From Pseudothioglobus sp. nBUS_23 (GTDB lineage: Bacteria > Pseudomonadota > Gammaproteobacteria > PS1 > Pseudothioglobaceae), in assembly GCF_051201565.1 (NCBI RefSeq), contig NZ_CP179200.1, forward strand, positions 540,001 through 572,000: 32,000 nucleotides of DNA, read 5' to 3'. The notes below the pieces were generated by a model, which made no database searches, was not told where the DNA came from, and saw only the letters and a list, made by a program, of their open reading frames with translations. Shown in pieces: positions 21,117 to 28,891 of the stretch; the first letter of the stretch is position 1, and every line of letters starts with the position of its first letter. The translations under genes were made by a program, and so were the position numbers.

Positions 21117-22568
21117 ATGCAGTTAAGTATTGTTGCAAAAACCATTGGCCTTCTTCTTATGGTTTTTAGCTTTGCACAGATCCCACCTCTAATTGTCGAC
21201 TTGATATACTCGGAAGGTGAGTATCTATCCTTTGTCTATTCATTTGCCTTAACTGTTTTAGGGGGTTTAATTCTTTGGTGGCCTTTTAAAGAGGTTAAAA
21301 AAGAGTTTAGACTCAGAGAGGGTGTTCTCATCGTAGTTTGCTTTTGGATCGTTTTGTCGCTCTTTGGAACGCTTCCATTCTTAATTACCGATTCAATTAG
21401 CAGCCTCTCTTTTTCTGAAGCATTCTTTGAGTCAATGTCAGGTTTGACCACTACAGGAGCAACTGTTTTGAATCAGCTTGATGAATTGCCAAAAAGTATC
21501 CTTTTCTACAGGCAACAACTTCAGTGGCTTGGTGGAATGGGAATTATTGTTCTTGCAGTTGCAGTCCTGCCTCTTTTGGGGGTTGGTGGTATGGAGCTCT
21601 ACCATGCTGAATCGAGTGGAATTGCTAAAGACAGACTGACGCCTAAACTAAGAAACACCGCAATAGCCCTCTGGAAAATATACCTGTCATTAACAGTGTT
21701 ATGCGCTGTTGGATATTTTTTATCGGGCATGTCAATTTTTGATGCGGTTAGTCATAGTTTCTCTACTGTTGCAATAGGCGGATTTTCTACTCATGATGGT
21801 TCTATTGGTTATTTTAATTCTGCAACAATTGAAACAATTGCTATGATTTTTATGTTTCTGGCAGGTATTAATTTTTCACTTCATTTTGTAGCATGGAATA
21901 ATCGTTCATTGGTTGACTACATTAAAGACTCAGAATTTAAAACCTACGCTATGGTTCTGATTTGTTCTTCAATTATAGTAATTACAGCGCTCTCTTTAAA
22001 TGGCCAGTATGAATCTGCAAATGAGACAGTAAGACACAGTCTATTTCAAACAATCTCTATTGCTACAACTACTGGTTTTACTTCCCAAAACTATAGTAGT
22101 TGGCCAGCTGCAATTCCAGTATTCCTAATTATGATGAGTTTTATTGGGGCCTGTGTAGGTTCAACAGGAGGGGGTATTAAGGTTGTTCGAATCTTAGTCA
22201 TGTTTAGGCTTGGCATGAAAGAAATTCATAAATTCATCAGACCTAACGCTCAGGTCAGCGTTAAACTAAATAAATCTAGTATTAACGAAAAGGCTTTAGT
22301 TTCAGTTCTTGGATTCTTCTCACTTTATGCAATATCTTTTTTCCTCATACTGATGCTTTTAATGTTTGCAGGGCTTGACCAAGTTACTGCATACTCAGCT
22401 ACAGCAGCCACAATGAACAATTTAGGCCCAGGCCTTGGCGATGTTGCTCAGAATTATAGTTCTGTGGGAGAGGTTGCGAAATGGATTTTGAGTTTTTCAA
22501 TGCTCATTGGAAGGTTGGAAGTACTAACAATTATTGCCATATTCCATAAAGCTTTCTGGAGACAGTAA
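21117..22568 (+). CDS. trkH: Trk system potassium uptake protein TrkH
   Basis: 483 aa polytopic protein with repeated selectivity-filter-like segments (SGLTTTGATV, STVAIGGFST, IATTTGFTS, ATMNNLGPGLG). Follows trkA. Confidence 0.93.
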   Translation: MQLSIVAKTIGLLLMVFSFAQIPPLIVDLIYSEGEYLSFVYSFALTVLGGLILWWPFKEVKKEFRLREGVLIVVCFWIVLSLFGTLPFLITDSISSLSFSEAFFESMSGLTTTGATVLNQLDELPKSILFYRQQLQWLGGMGIIVLAVAVLPLLGVGGMELYHAESSGIAKDRLTPKLRNTAIALWKIYLSLTVLCAVGYFLSGMSIFDAVSHSFSTVAIGGFSTHDGSIGYFNSATIETIAMIFMFLAGINFSLHFVAWNNRSLVDYIKDSEFKTYAMVLICSSIIVITALSLNGQYESANETVRHSLFQTISIATTTGFTSQNYSSWPAAIPVFLIMMSFIGACVGSTGGGIKVVRILVMFRLGMKEIHKFIRPNAQVSVKLNKSSINEKALVSVLGFFSLYAISFFLILMLLMFAGLDQVTAYSATAATMNNLGPGLGDVAQNYSSVGEVAKWILSFSMLIGRLEVLTIIAIFHKAFWRQ

Positions 22569-22570
22569 GA

Positions 22571-22600
22571 AGGGTTTAAAGCCCTCCAATTAAGAAGGGC
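22571..22600. terminator. weak overlapping hairpins in the convergent trkH/hppA gap
   Basis: AGGGTTTAAAGCCCT and GCCCT-N10-AGGGC share the GCCCT arm. The stems are short (5-6 bp) with no clean U-tract, so this is only a tentative bidirectional terminator. Confidence 0.3.
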
Positions 22601-22621
22601 TGAAATAGATTTGATTCTTAT

Positions 22622-24625
22622 TTACAGGAGAGGGGCAATCACAAGACTAACAATTGCCATTACGTTAATAAGAATATTCATAGATGGACCAGAAGTGTCT
22701 TTGAAAGGGTCACCAACAGTATCTCCAACAACAGTTGCTGCATGAACATCGGTTCCTTTACCGCCAAAGTTACCCTTTTCAACGTGCTTTTTAGCATTAT
22801 CCCAAGCACCACCAGCATTAGCCATCATAAGCGCCATAAGTACGCACCCTAAAAGAGCGCCACCAAGCATACCACCAAGAGCCTCTGGGCTAATTAAAAA
22901 GCCAACCAGAACTGGAGCTGCGACAGCAATAACTCCTGGAAGAATCATTTTTTTAAGTGCAGCAGTAGTTGCAATATCAACACACTTAGCTGTATCAGGC
23001 TCAGCTTTTCCATCTAGAAGACCTTTGATTTCTTTAAACTGTCTTCTGACTTCTTCAATCATCTCAAAAGCAGCATCACCGACCGCTGTCATCGTAAGAG
23101 ATGCAATTAAAAATGGAATAGTTCCGCCAATAAATAAACCAATTAATACTTCAGCACTGTTAAGTTGAAGTAAGAAATCTGAAGAGTTGGCAGCAACAGT
23201 TTCTGTATATGCAGTAATAATGGCGAGAGCAGCAAGTGCAGCAGCACCAATAGCAAATCCCTTTCCAATTGCTGCAGTTGTATTTCCAAGTTCATCTAGT
23301 GAGTCAGTAATATTTCTTGTGTCCTCACCAAGGCCAGCCATTTCTGCAATACCACCAGCATTGTCAGCAATTGGTCCATAGGCATCAATTGCCATTGTCA
23401 TGCCCACTGTAGCAAGCATACCAATTGCCGCAATACCAACACCATACAAACCAACAAAAAGGTTCGAGATATAAATGATTAAACAAATCATCAAGACTGG
23501 TATTACAACAGATTGCATGCCAACTGAGAGGCCTTTAATCATAACTGTAGCAGAGCCAGTTTGTCCTGCTTCTGCGATATCTCTGATAGGCTTTCCAGCA
23601 GTATAGTACTCAGTGACTAGACCAATAATAATTCCACCAATACTTCCCATAAGAACAGCAGCCCAGATATTATTTGAAACGTCCAGAGAGCTAATCAAAA
23701 AGTATGAAGTCACAATAAATAAGACAGCTGAACCAATCGTACCCATTCTTAATGCTGACTCAGGAGATTTGTTTGAAGAAAGCTTAACAAATATGATTCC
23801 AATGATCGAGCAAACAAGACCAAGCGATGCAAGAGCTAGTGGAAGAAACATAAGCTCACTTCTGTTACCACCCAGCATATCTAAAGCCATTGCAGAAAGA
23901 GTTGAAGCAATCGCAATTGTAGCAATCATTGATCCACAGTATGATTCGAAAATGTCTGAACCCATTCCAGCAATATCACCAACATTATCTCCAACGTTAT
24001 CTGCAATAACGGCAGGATTACGTGGGTCATCTTCAGGAATACCTGCTTCAATTTTTCCAACAAGGTCAGCACCAACATCAGCACTCTTTGTGAAGATGCC
24101 TCCACCAACACGAGAGAAGAGAGCTACGACTGAGCCACCCATCGCAAAACCATGGAGAGCTTCAGAATGTTCAGCGCCAAAAAAGTAATAAAGGCCGCCA
24201 AGACCTAGGAGTCCAAGCGCTGCAACTGAAAGGCCCATGACTGAGCCACCAAAGAAAGCAACTGTTAGAGCAGCAGAGCTTCCACTTTCATGAGCAGCCT
24301 GAGCAGTCCTGACGTTTGCAATAGTGGCAGTATTCATACCTATATAACCCGCTGTAGCTGAAGTTAAAGCACCCACAACGAAACATAAGGCACTAGCTGC
24401 ACCAAGAAAGATATAAAGTAGAACGAGCAACACTAATGCAAAAATACTAAGCATTTTATATTCACGCTTCATGAATACTATCGCGCCAATATGAATTTGT
24501 TCACCAATTTTTTTAACAGCGCCACTTCCACCATCCTGTTTAGTAATCCATTGATAGATAATTACTACTATCAATAGGCCTAAAACGCCGAGTGCTGGGG
24601 CAATCAAATTTTGATCGAAATTCAT
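22622..24625 (-). CDS. hppA: membrane-bound ion-translocating inorganic pyrophosphatase (K+-dependent signature)
   Basis: 667 aa, about 16 TM. Motifs [102 protein letters not shown]. Strong AAGGAGA Shine-Dalgarno before the ATG. Confidence 0.95.
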   Translation of the reverse strand: MNFDQNLIAPALGVLGLLIVVIIYQWITKQDGGSGAVKKIGEQIHIGAIVFMKREYKMLSIFALVLLVLLYIFLGAASALCFVVGALTSATAGYIGMNTATIANVRTAQAAHESGSSAALTVAFFGGSVMGLSVAALGLLGLGGLYYFFGAEHSEALHGFAMGGSVVALFSRVGGGIFTKSADVGADLVGKIEAGIPEDDPRNPAVIADNVGDNVGDIAGMGSDIFESYCGSMIATIAIASTLSAMALDMLGGNRSELMFLPLALASLGLVCSIIGIIFVKLSSNKSPESALRMGTIGSAVLFIVTSYFLISSLDVSNNIWAAVLMGSIGGIIIGLVTEYYTAGKPIRDIAEAGQTGSATVMIKGLSVGMQSVVIPVLMICLIIYISNLFVGLYGVGIAAIGMLATVGMTMAIDAYGPIADNAGGIAEMAGLGEDTRNITDSLDELGNTTAAIGKGFAIGAAALAALAIITAYTETVAANSSDFLLQLNSAEVLIGLFIGGTIPFLIASLTMTAVGDAAFEMIEEVRRQFKEIKGLLDGKAEPDTAKCVDIATTAALKKMILPGVIAVAAPVLVGFLISPEALGGMLGGALLGCVLMALMMANAGGAWDNAKKHVEKGNFGGKGTDVHAATVVGDTVGDPFKDTSGPSMNILINVMAIVSLVIAPLL

Positions 24626-24778
24626 TTTTTCTCCTTTAAATAAAATGAAGCGGCAATGATATCCTAAAGTATCTAAAAAGTGGAAAAAAAATCCCTAATT
24701 TGAGGTGAAATGAACTAAATTAACTAGAAAATTATCTTATAAAATCAAATTCCTTAATGATTAACATTTAATTCACAA

Positions 24779-25651
24779 ATGTTCTTAGTTCGATTTGCAC
24801 TTTTATCATCTCTTTTTTATGCTTTAAATGTAAGCATGATTCCATTAATCTATTCTTTTGAGGTGAGTGTTTTTCTCTTTTTATTTATTCGTTTTGGAAC
24901 AACTTTCTGTAGTTCCCTATTTGTAACTAAAAGTTTATTTTCATTTAAAAAAATTAAACAACAAAGGTTAGGTCTTTGGATTTTTTTGCTTTCATTACTT
25001 TTTGCTGTGCAGTCCTGGCTCTATGTTGAGGCAGTTAAATATATGTCGGTTGGACTTGCGAGCGTCGTTTTGTTTACTTATCCTCTGCTAACTTACTTAA
25101 TTGTTTCGATAACAAAGAAAAGGTCTCTTGATTTGACTACAATCCTGATGTTTTTAATAGCAATAGCTGGGATTGCTGCAATCTCTCAGAGTGATGAGGG
25201 ATTTTATACCATGGCTATTGGAATTATTTTGGCGTTACTCTCTGCATTGTCTTACTCTTTAATCTTAATTATTACACCAAAAATGGGTAGCCTCAGGAAC
25301 TGGGAGATTGTTAAATTTACAACGCTTATCCCTGCGCTTAGTTTCTTAATTTTGTTTTTAAGTGAAACGGGTTTTTATTGGCCACAAAAAGAAGCGTTAT
25401 TGCTTTGTTTTATTTCTGGAACACTCTTTGCAATTGGCATGATGTTTTATCATATTTCTGTAAAGAAATATGGTCCTGTTAGGACTGCAAATATTGGTTA
25501 TACTGAGCCTTTACTTGTTTTAATTTTCGGTTTTATTGCATATCTAGATACAATCACTATAATTCAAGGTATTGGTGTCATAATGGTTGCACTAGCTTCA
25601 ATTACTATAGAAAAGAGACAACTAATACAAAAAAATTCTGCTGGGGAATAA
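24779..25651 (+). CDS. EamA/DMT-superfamily transporter
   Basis: 290 aa, about 10 hydrophobic helices in a two-halves arrangement typical of EamA repeats. No stronger signature was read, and the start codon is not verified. Confidence 0.7.
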   Translation: MFLVRFALLSSLFYALNVSMIPLIYSFEVSVFLFLFIRFGTTFCSSLFVTKSLFSFKKIKQQRLGLWIFLLSLLFAVQSWLYVEAVKYMSVGLASVVLFTYPLLTYLIVSITKKRSLDLTTILMFLIAIAGIAAISQSDEGFYTMAIGIILALLSALSYSLILIITPKMGSLRNWEIVKFTTLIPALSFLILFLSETGFYWPQKEALLLCFISGTLFAIGMMFYHISVKKYGPVRTANIGYTEPLLVLIFGFIAYLDTITIIQGIGVIMVALASITIEKRQLIQKNSAGE

Positions 25652-25687
25652 GACTTTTAATTCTCCTGCCTATTTAAAGGAAAAATT

Positions 25688-26896
25688 ATGCCAAACAGTT
25701 ACAGTGACTTCGCTTTATCATTCTCTCATATTCTGAATCCTAAAGTTCAGTCAGGTGCGCATTACGAGCATCAGGACATATTAAGCTTAGAGGGCTTTAA
25801 GTTAGCAAATAAAGAAATTACCTCTTGGGATAATTACAAACCAACACCTCTTCATTCCTTTGATGATATGGCTGAAGGGACTGGCGTTGCATCAATCTTC
25901 TATAAAGATGAAAACCCTCGCTTCACTCTGAAAAGTTTTAAAGCGCTTGGTGGTGCATATGCCGTTGCGAATCTATTAATTCAGAAACTCAAAGAGGAAG
26001 GTATTAATGCCAATTCGTCTGACTTGATTAAAGGAACATACAGAAATAAAACTTCAGAGCTTACTGTTTGTTGTGCAACTGACGGCAATCATGGAAGATC
26101 AGTGGCATGGGGAGCCCAGCAATTTGGATGCAATTGTGAGATTTATATTCACCGAAATGTAAGTCCAGGCAGAGAGAAAGCAATTGCAAAGTATGGTGCT
26201 GTTGTTAATAGAATCAAAGGAAACTATGATGACTCCGTTAGAATTGCTGCTGAGGTAGCTGACTCAAATGGTTACACTGTGGTTTCTGATACTTCCTACG
26301 AGGGCTATACAGACATACCCAAAGATGTAATGCAGGGCTATACCGTGATGGTGGATGAGGCTATGAAGCAAATGAGTGATATCCCAACACATGTTTTCTT
26401 ACAGGGCGGTGTTGGAGGATTTCCAGCTGCGATGGTGTCTTTTCTGCAGGAGAGTCTGGAGTGTCCTCCCATATTCGTTGTTGTGGAGCCTGTTAACGCT
26501 GACTGTTTGTTTCAAAGCGCTGCCAATGGAGAGCCAACAGCAGTTCATGGCGACTTAGATACAATTATGGCTGGCCTTGCCTGCGGTGAGGTTTCAGTTC
26601 TAGCATGGTCAATTCTTGAAAGTCATGTCCCTCACTTTATGTCGATTACTGACGAATCAATTCCAAAAGCAATGCAACTTCTTGCCAACCGAGAAACACC
26701 AATTGTAGCGGGCGAGTCAGCTATTACAGGCCTGGCAGGATTTTTAATTGCTTGTAATGATGCTAGCCTTAAATCTAAACTCATGATTAATGAGAATTCA
26801 AAGGTCTTGTTCTTTGGAACTGAGGGTGATACTGATGAAGAGATGTACGAGCAATTAGTAGGTAAATCATCTGAACAGGTTTTGAATGGTCTTTGA
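25688..26896 (+). CDS. dpaL: diaminopropionate ammonia-lyase-like PLP enzyme (fold type II)
   Basis: 402 aa. LKSFKALGGAYAVANLL matches the PLP-lysine region of DpaL/YgeX (..FK.LGGAYA..). Also ATDGNHGRSVAWGA and a glycine-rich GGVGGF loop. Confidence 0.7.
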   Translation: MPNSYSDFALSFSHILNPKVQSGAHYEHQDILSLEGFKLANKEITSWDNYKPTPLHSFDDMAEGTGVASIFYKDENPRFTLKSFKALGGAYAVANLLIQKLKEEGINANSSDLIKGTYRNKTSELTVCCATDGNHGRSVAWGAQQFGCNCEIYIHRNVSPGREKAIAKYGAVVNRIKGNYDDSVRIAAEVADSNGYTVVSDTSYEGYTDIPKDVMQGYTVMVDEAMKQMSDIPTHVFLQGGVGGFPAAMVSFLQESLECPPIFVVVEPVNADCLFQSAANGEPTAVHGDLDTIMAGLACGEVSVLAWSILESHVPHFMSITDESIPKAMQLLANRETPIVAGESAITGLAGFLIACNDASLKSKLMINENSKVLFFGTEGDTDEEMYEQLVGKSSEQVLNGL

Positions 26897-26912
26897 TAAG
26901 TAAGGAGAGAAA

Positions 26913-28079
26913 ATGAATATTCCAAAGAGAGGCTTTACAGTCAATGAGTATGAGAATAGGCTTGAAAGCATTCAGAAATTGATGTTTGAGGCAAAAATGG
27001 ATGCTATCTTATTAACTACACAAGTTGATATTGAATACTACACTGGCTTTAAATCTCAATTTTTTCAGAGTCCTACCAGGCCTTGGTATGTTCTGATACC
27101 TAGTTCAGGAAAGCCAAAAGCCATTATTCCCACAATCGGAGAATCTGGGATGAGGGCGACGTGGATTGATGATATTCAGACGTGGACCTCTCCAAACCCA
27201 GAAGATGATGGAGTAAGCATTTTGCTTTCAACCATCAAATTACTAATGGTAAATCACAAGTCGTTAGGCGTTCCAAAAACTCTCGAGAGCACTCTAAGAA
27301 TGCCTCTGGAGGATTATGAGACTCTTATCAATAACCTTCCTGGAATAGAAATCAAAGATGCAAATAAAATTATGCGCCGCGTTCGATTCATTAAATCTGA
27401 AGCTGAAATAGAGAAGATTAGGCACATATGTCAGATTACCTCCCAAGGATTTATTGATTTGGAAGGTTTTCTCAGAGCAGGTGAGAGTGAACAAGAGAAC
27501 TGTCGACGTTTTAAGCAGCACCTGTTGAAGCTTGGTGTGGATGACTCACCCTATATTGTCTCTGGATCTGGTCAAGAGGGCTACGGCTCAATCATTATGG
27601 GTCCAACAGACAAGATCATAGAAGAGGGCGATCTATTCATAATCGACACTGGCTCGGTTTTTGATAGCTATTACTGTGACTTTGATAGAAACTATGCTTT
27701 CGGTTCAATCAGTGAAAAAGCGAAGAAAGCATACAGAGTAACCTATGAGGCGACGGAGGCAGGATTTAAAGCTGCACAGGTTGGAAATACAACTTCAGAT
27801 ATATTTAATGCCATGAATAAAGTTCTTCAAAAGGGAGGAGCGCTTGGTAATACGGTTGGCAGACTTGGGCATGGTTTAGGCATGCAATTAACTGAATGGC
27901 CGTCTAATACTGCGAGTGACAATACTGTTCTTGAGCCAGGAGTTGTTTTGACCCTAGAGCCAGGTATGGCATTCCTGCCAGGAAAGGAAATGGTTCATGA
28001 GGAAAATATAGTCATCACAGAAGATGGTCCTAAGTGGCTAAGCATTAGGGCTGCAGAGGAATTACCAATTATTCAATAA
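26913..28079 (+). CDS. M24 family metallohydrolase (Xaa-Pro dipeptidase/creatinase/ectoine-hydrolase-like)
   Basis: 388 aa. Creatinase_N-like N-terminal domain and a pita-bread C-domain with the five metal ligands in order (FIIDTG, CDFDRN, GHGLG, LEPGM, HEEN). AAGGAGAG Shine-Dalgarno; starts 16 nt after dpaL. Confidence 0.8.
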   Translation: MNIPKRGFTVNEYENRLESIQKLMFEAKMDAILLTTQVDIEYYTGFKSQFFQSPTRPWYVLIPSSGKPKAIIPTIGESGMRATWIDDIQTWTSPNPEDDGVSILLSTIKLLMVNHKSLGVPKTLESTLRMPLEDYETLINNLPGIEIKDANKIMRRVRFIKSEAEIEKIRHICQITSQGFIDLEGFLRAGESEQENCRRFKQHLLKLGVDDSPYIVSGSGQEGYGSIIMGPTDKIIEEGDLFIIDTGSVFDSYYCDFDRNYAFGSISEKAKKAYRVTYEATEAGFKAAQVGNTTSDIFNAMNKVLQKGGALGNTVGRLGHGLGMQLTEWPSNTASDNTVLEPGVVLTLEPGMAFLPGKEMVHEENIVITEDGPKWLSIRAAEELPIIQ

Positions 28080-28123
28080 CTCTAATTTTCAAATAAGGGT
28101 TTCCATTTAAAACCTTATCTTAT

Positions 28124-28146
28124 ATAATAATGCGAATCATTATTAT
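28124..28146. promoter_or_regulatory. Fur box 1 (overlapping a putative promoter) upstream of the ABC ATPase
   Basis: Perfect 9-bp inverted repeat ATAATAATG-CGAAT-CATTATTAT. The 19-mer AATAATGCGAATCATTATT matches GATAATGATAATCATTATC at 15/19. TATAAT at 28123-28128 has TTTCCA 17 bp upstream (28100-28105). Confidence 0.6.
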
Positions 28147-28809
28147 TTGTATTTACAATTGTTAACTGTCAGCGATTTAAAAATTTCATTTGAAGATAAT
28201 CATGTCCTAGATGGATTCAATCTGAATCTAGAGAGCGGTGATATTTTTGCTTTATTGGGTGATAGCGGAAGTGGAAAGAGTTCAGCTCTTCGTTTTATTG
28301 CTGGACTTGAAAGGGCACATCTAGGATCTGTTGCGCTTGATGGAAATAATTTAAGTGATGGTGGTGCTCATTCAGTTAAACCAGAACTAAGAGAAATTGG
28401 AATGGTGTTTCAAGATTATGCTCTCTTTCCGCACATGACAGTTTTTGAAAACATCAGTTTTGGAATCAATCAACTTTCTAAAAAAGAAAGGATAGAAAAG
28501 GTAAAAAACCTTTTAGACTTGATTAGTCTTAGTGGTATTGAAAAAAAATATCCTCATCAGTTATCTGGAGGTGAACAACAACGAGTTTCACTCGCTAGGT
28601 CGCTTGCGACCTCTCCAAAGTTATTATTACTTGATGAGCCATTTTCAAGTTTAGATAAATCTAATAGAGATCAACTTGTCAAACAAGTCAGGGAGATTCT
28701 AAAAAATGCTGGTGTTACATCAATCCTAGTCACTCATGACGAAACTGAAGCAGAAGTATTCGCAGATAAAGTAGGAATAATTAATAAAAAGAAGTTGCTT
28801 ATTAAATGA
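28147..28809 (+). CDS. ABC transporter ATP-binding protein, FbpC/PotA-like nucleotide-binding domain without C-terminal TOBE domain
   Basis: 220 aa. Walker A GDSGSGKSS, Q-loop MVFQDYALFPHMTV, signature LSGGEQQRVSLARSL, Walker B LLLLDEPFSSLD, H-loop LVTHD. Only TTG starts are available (28147, or 28159 giving MLTVSDLKISF). Confidence 0.85.
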   Translation: MYLQLLTVSDLKISFEDNHVLDGFNLNLESGDIFALLGDSGSGKSSALRFIAGLERAHLGSVALDGNNLSDGGAHSVKPELREIGMVFQDYALFPHMTVFENISFGINQLSKKERIEKVKNLLDLISLSGIEKKYPHQLSGGEQQRVSLARSLATSPKLLLLDEPFSSLDKSNRDQLVKQVREILKNAGVTSILVTHDETEAEVFADKVGIINKKKLLIK

Positions 28810-28824
28810 AAATAGGTATCATAC

Positions 28825-28849
28825 GCAAATGATAGTCATTATCATTTGC
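28825..28849. promoter_or_regulatory. Fur box 2 upstream of the secreted 465-aa protein gene
   Basis: Perfect 9-bp inverted repeat GCAAATGAT-AGTCATT-ATCATTTGC. The 19-mer GCAAATGATAGTCATTATC matches the Fur consensus at 16/19. Lies 43-67 nt upstream of ATG 28892. Confidence 0.65.
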
Positions 28850-28891
28850 AATAAGAGAAAATTTAAACTATAACTTTTTAAGGAATAAGCA

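Noticed and set aside
23613-24188. 191-aa ORF on the plus strand inside hppA
   Set aside because: It is entirely antisense to a strongly supported, motif-rich PPase gene. The Pro/Ser/Ala/Ile-rich low-complexity translation is typical of a shadow ORF opposite Gly/Ala/Ile-rich membrane codons, and it has no RBS or motif.
24755-24770. Fur-box-like TAATGATTAACATTTA upstream of the EamA gene, and GATAATCGAAAT near 17018
   Set aside because: They match only about 11-12 of 19 consensus positions in very AT-rich DNA and lack the perfect dyad symmetry of the two sites at 28.1 and 28.8 kb. They are likely chance matches.
24626-24778. Largest intergenic gap (153 bp), inspected for a small RNA, riboswitch or micro-ORF
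   Set aside because: It is a divergent promoter region for hppA and the EamA gene. I found only a 4-codon ATG..TGA micro-ORF and 4-bp inverted repeats, with no convincing structure.
27533-27541. DnaA-box-like TGTGGATGA
   Set aside because: It is a single 8/9 match inside a coding region, with no cluster of boxes or AT-rich unwinding element.
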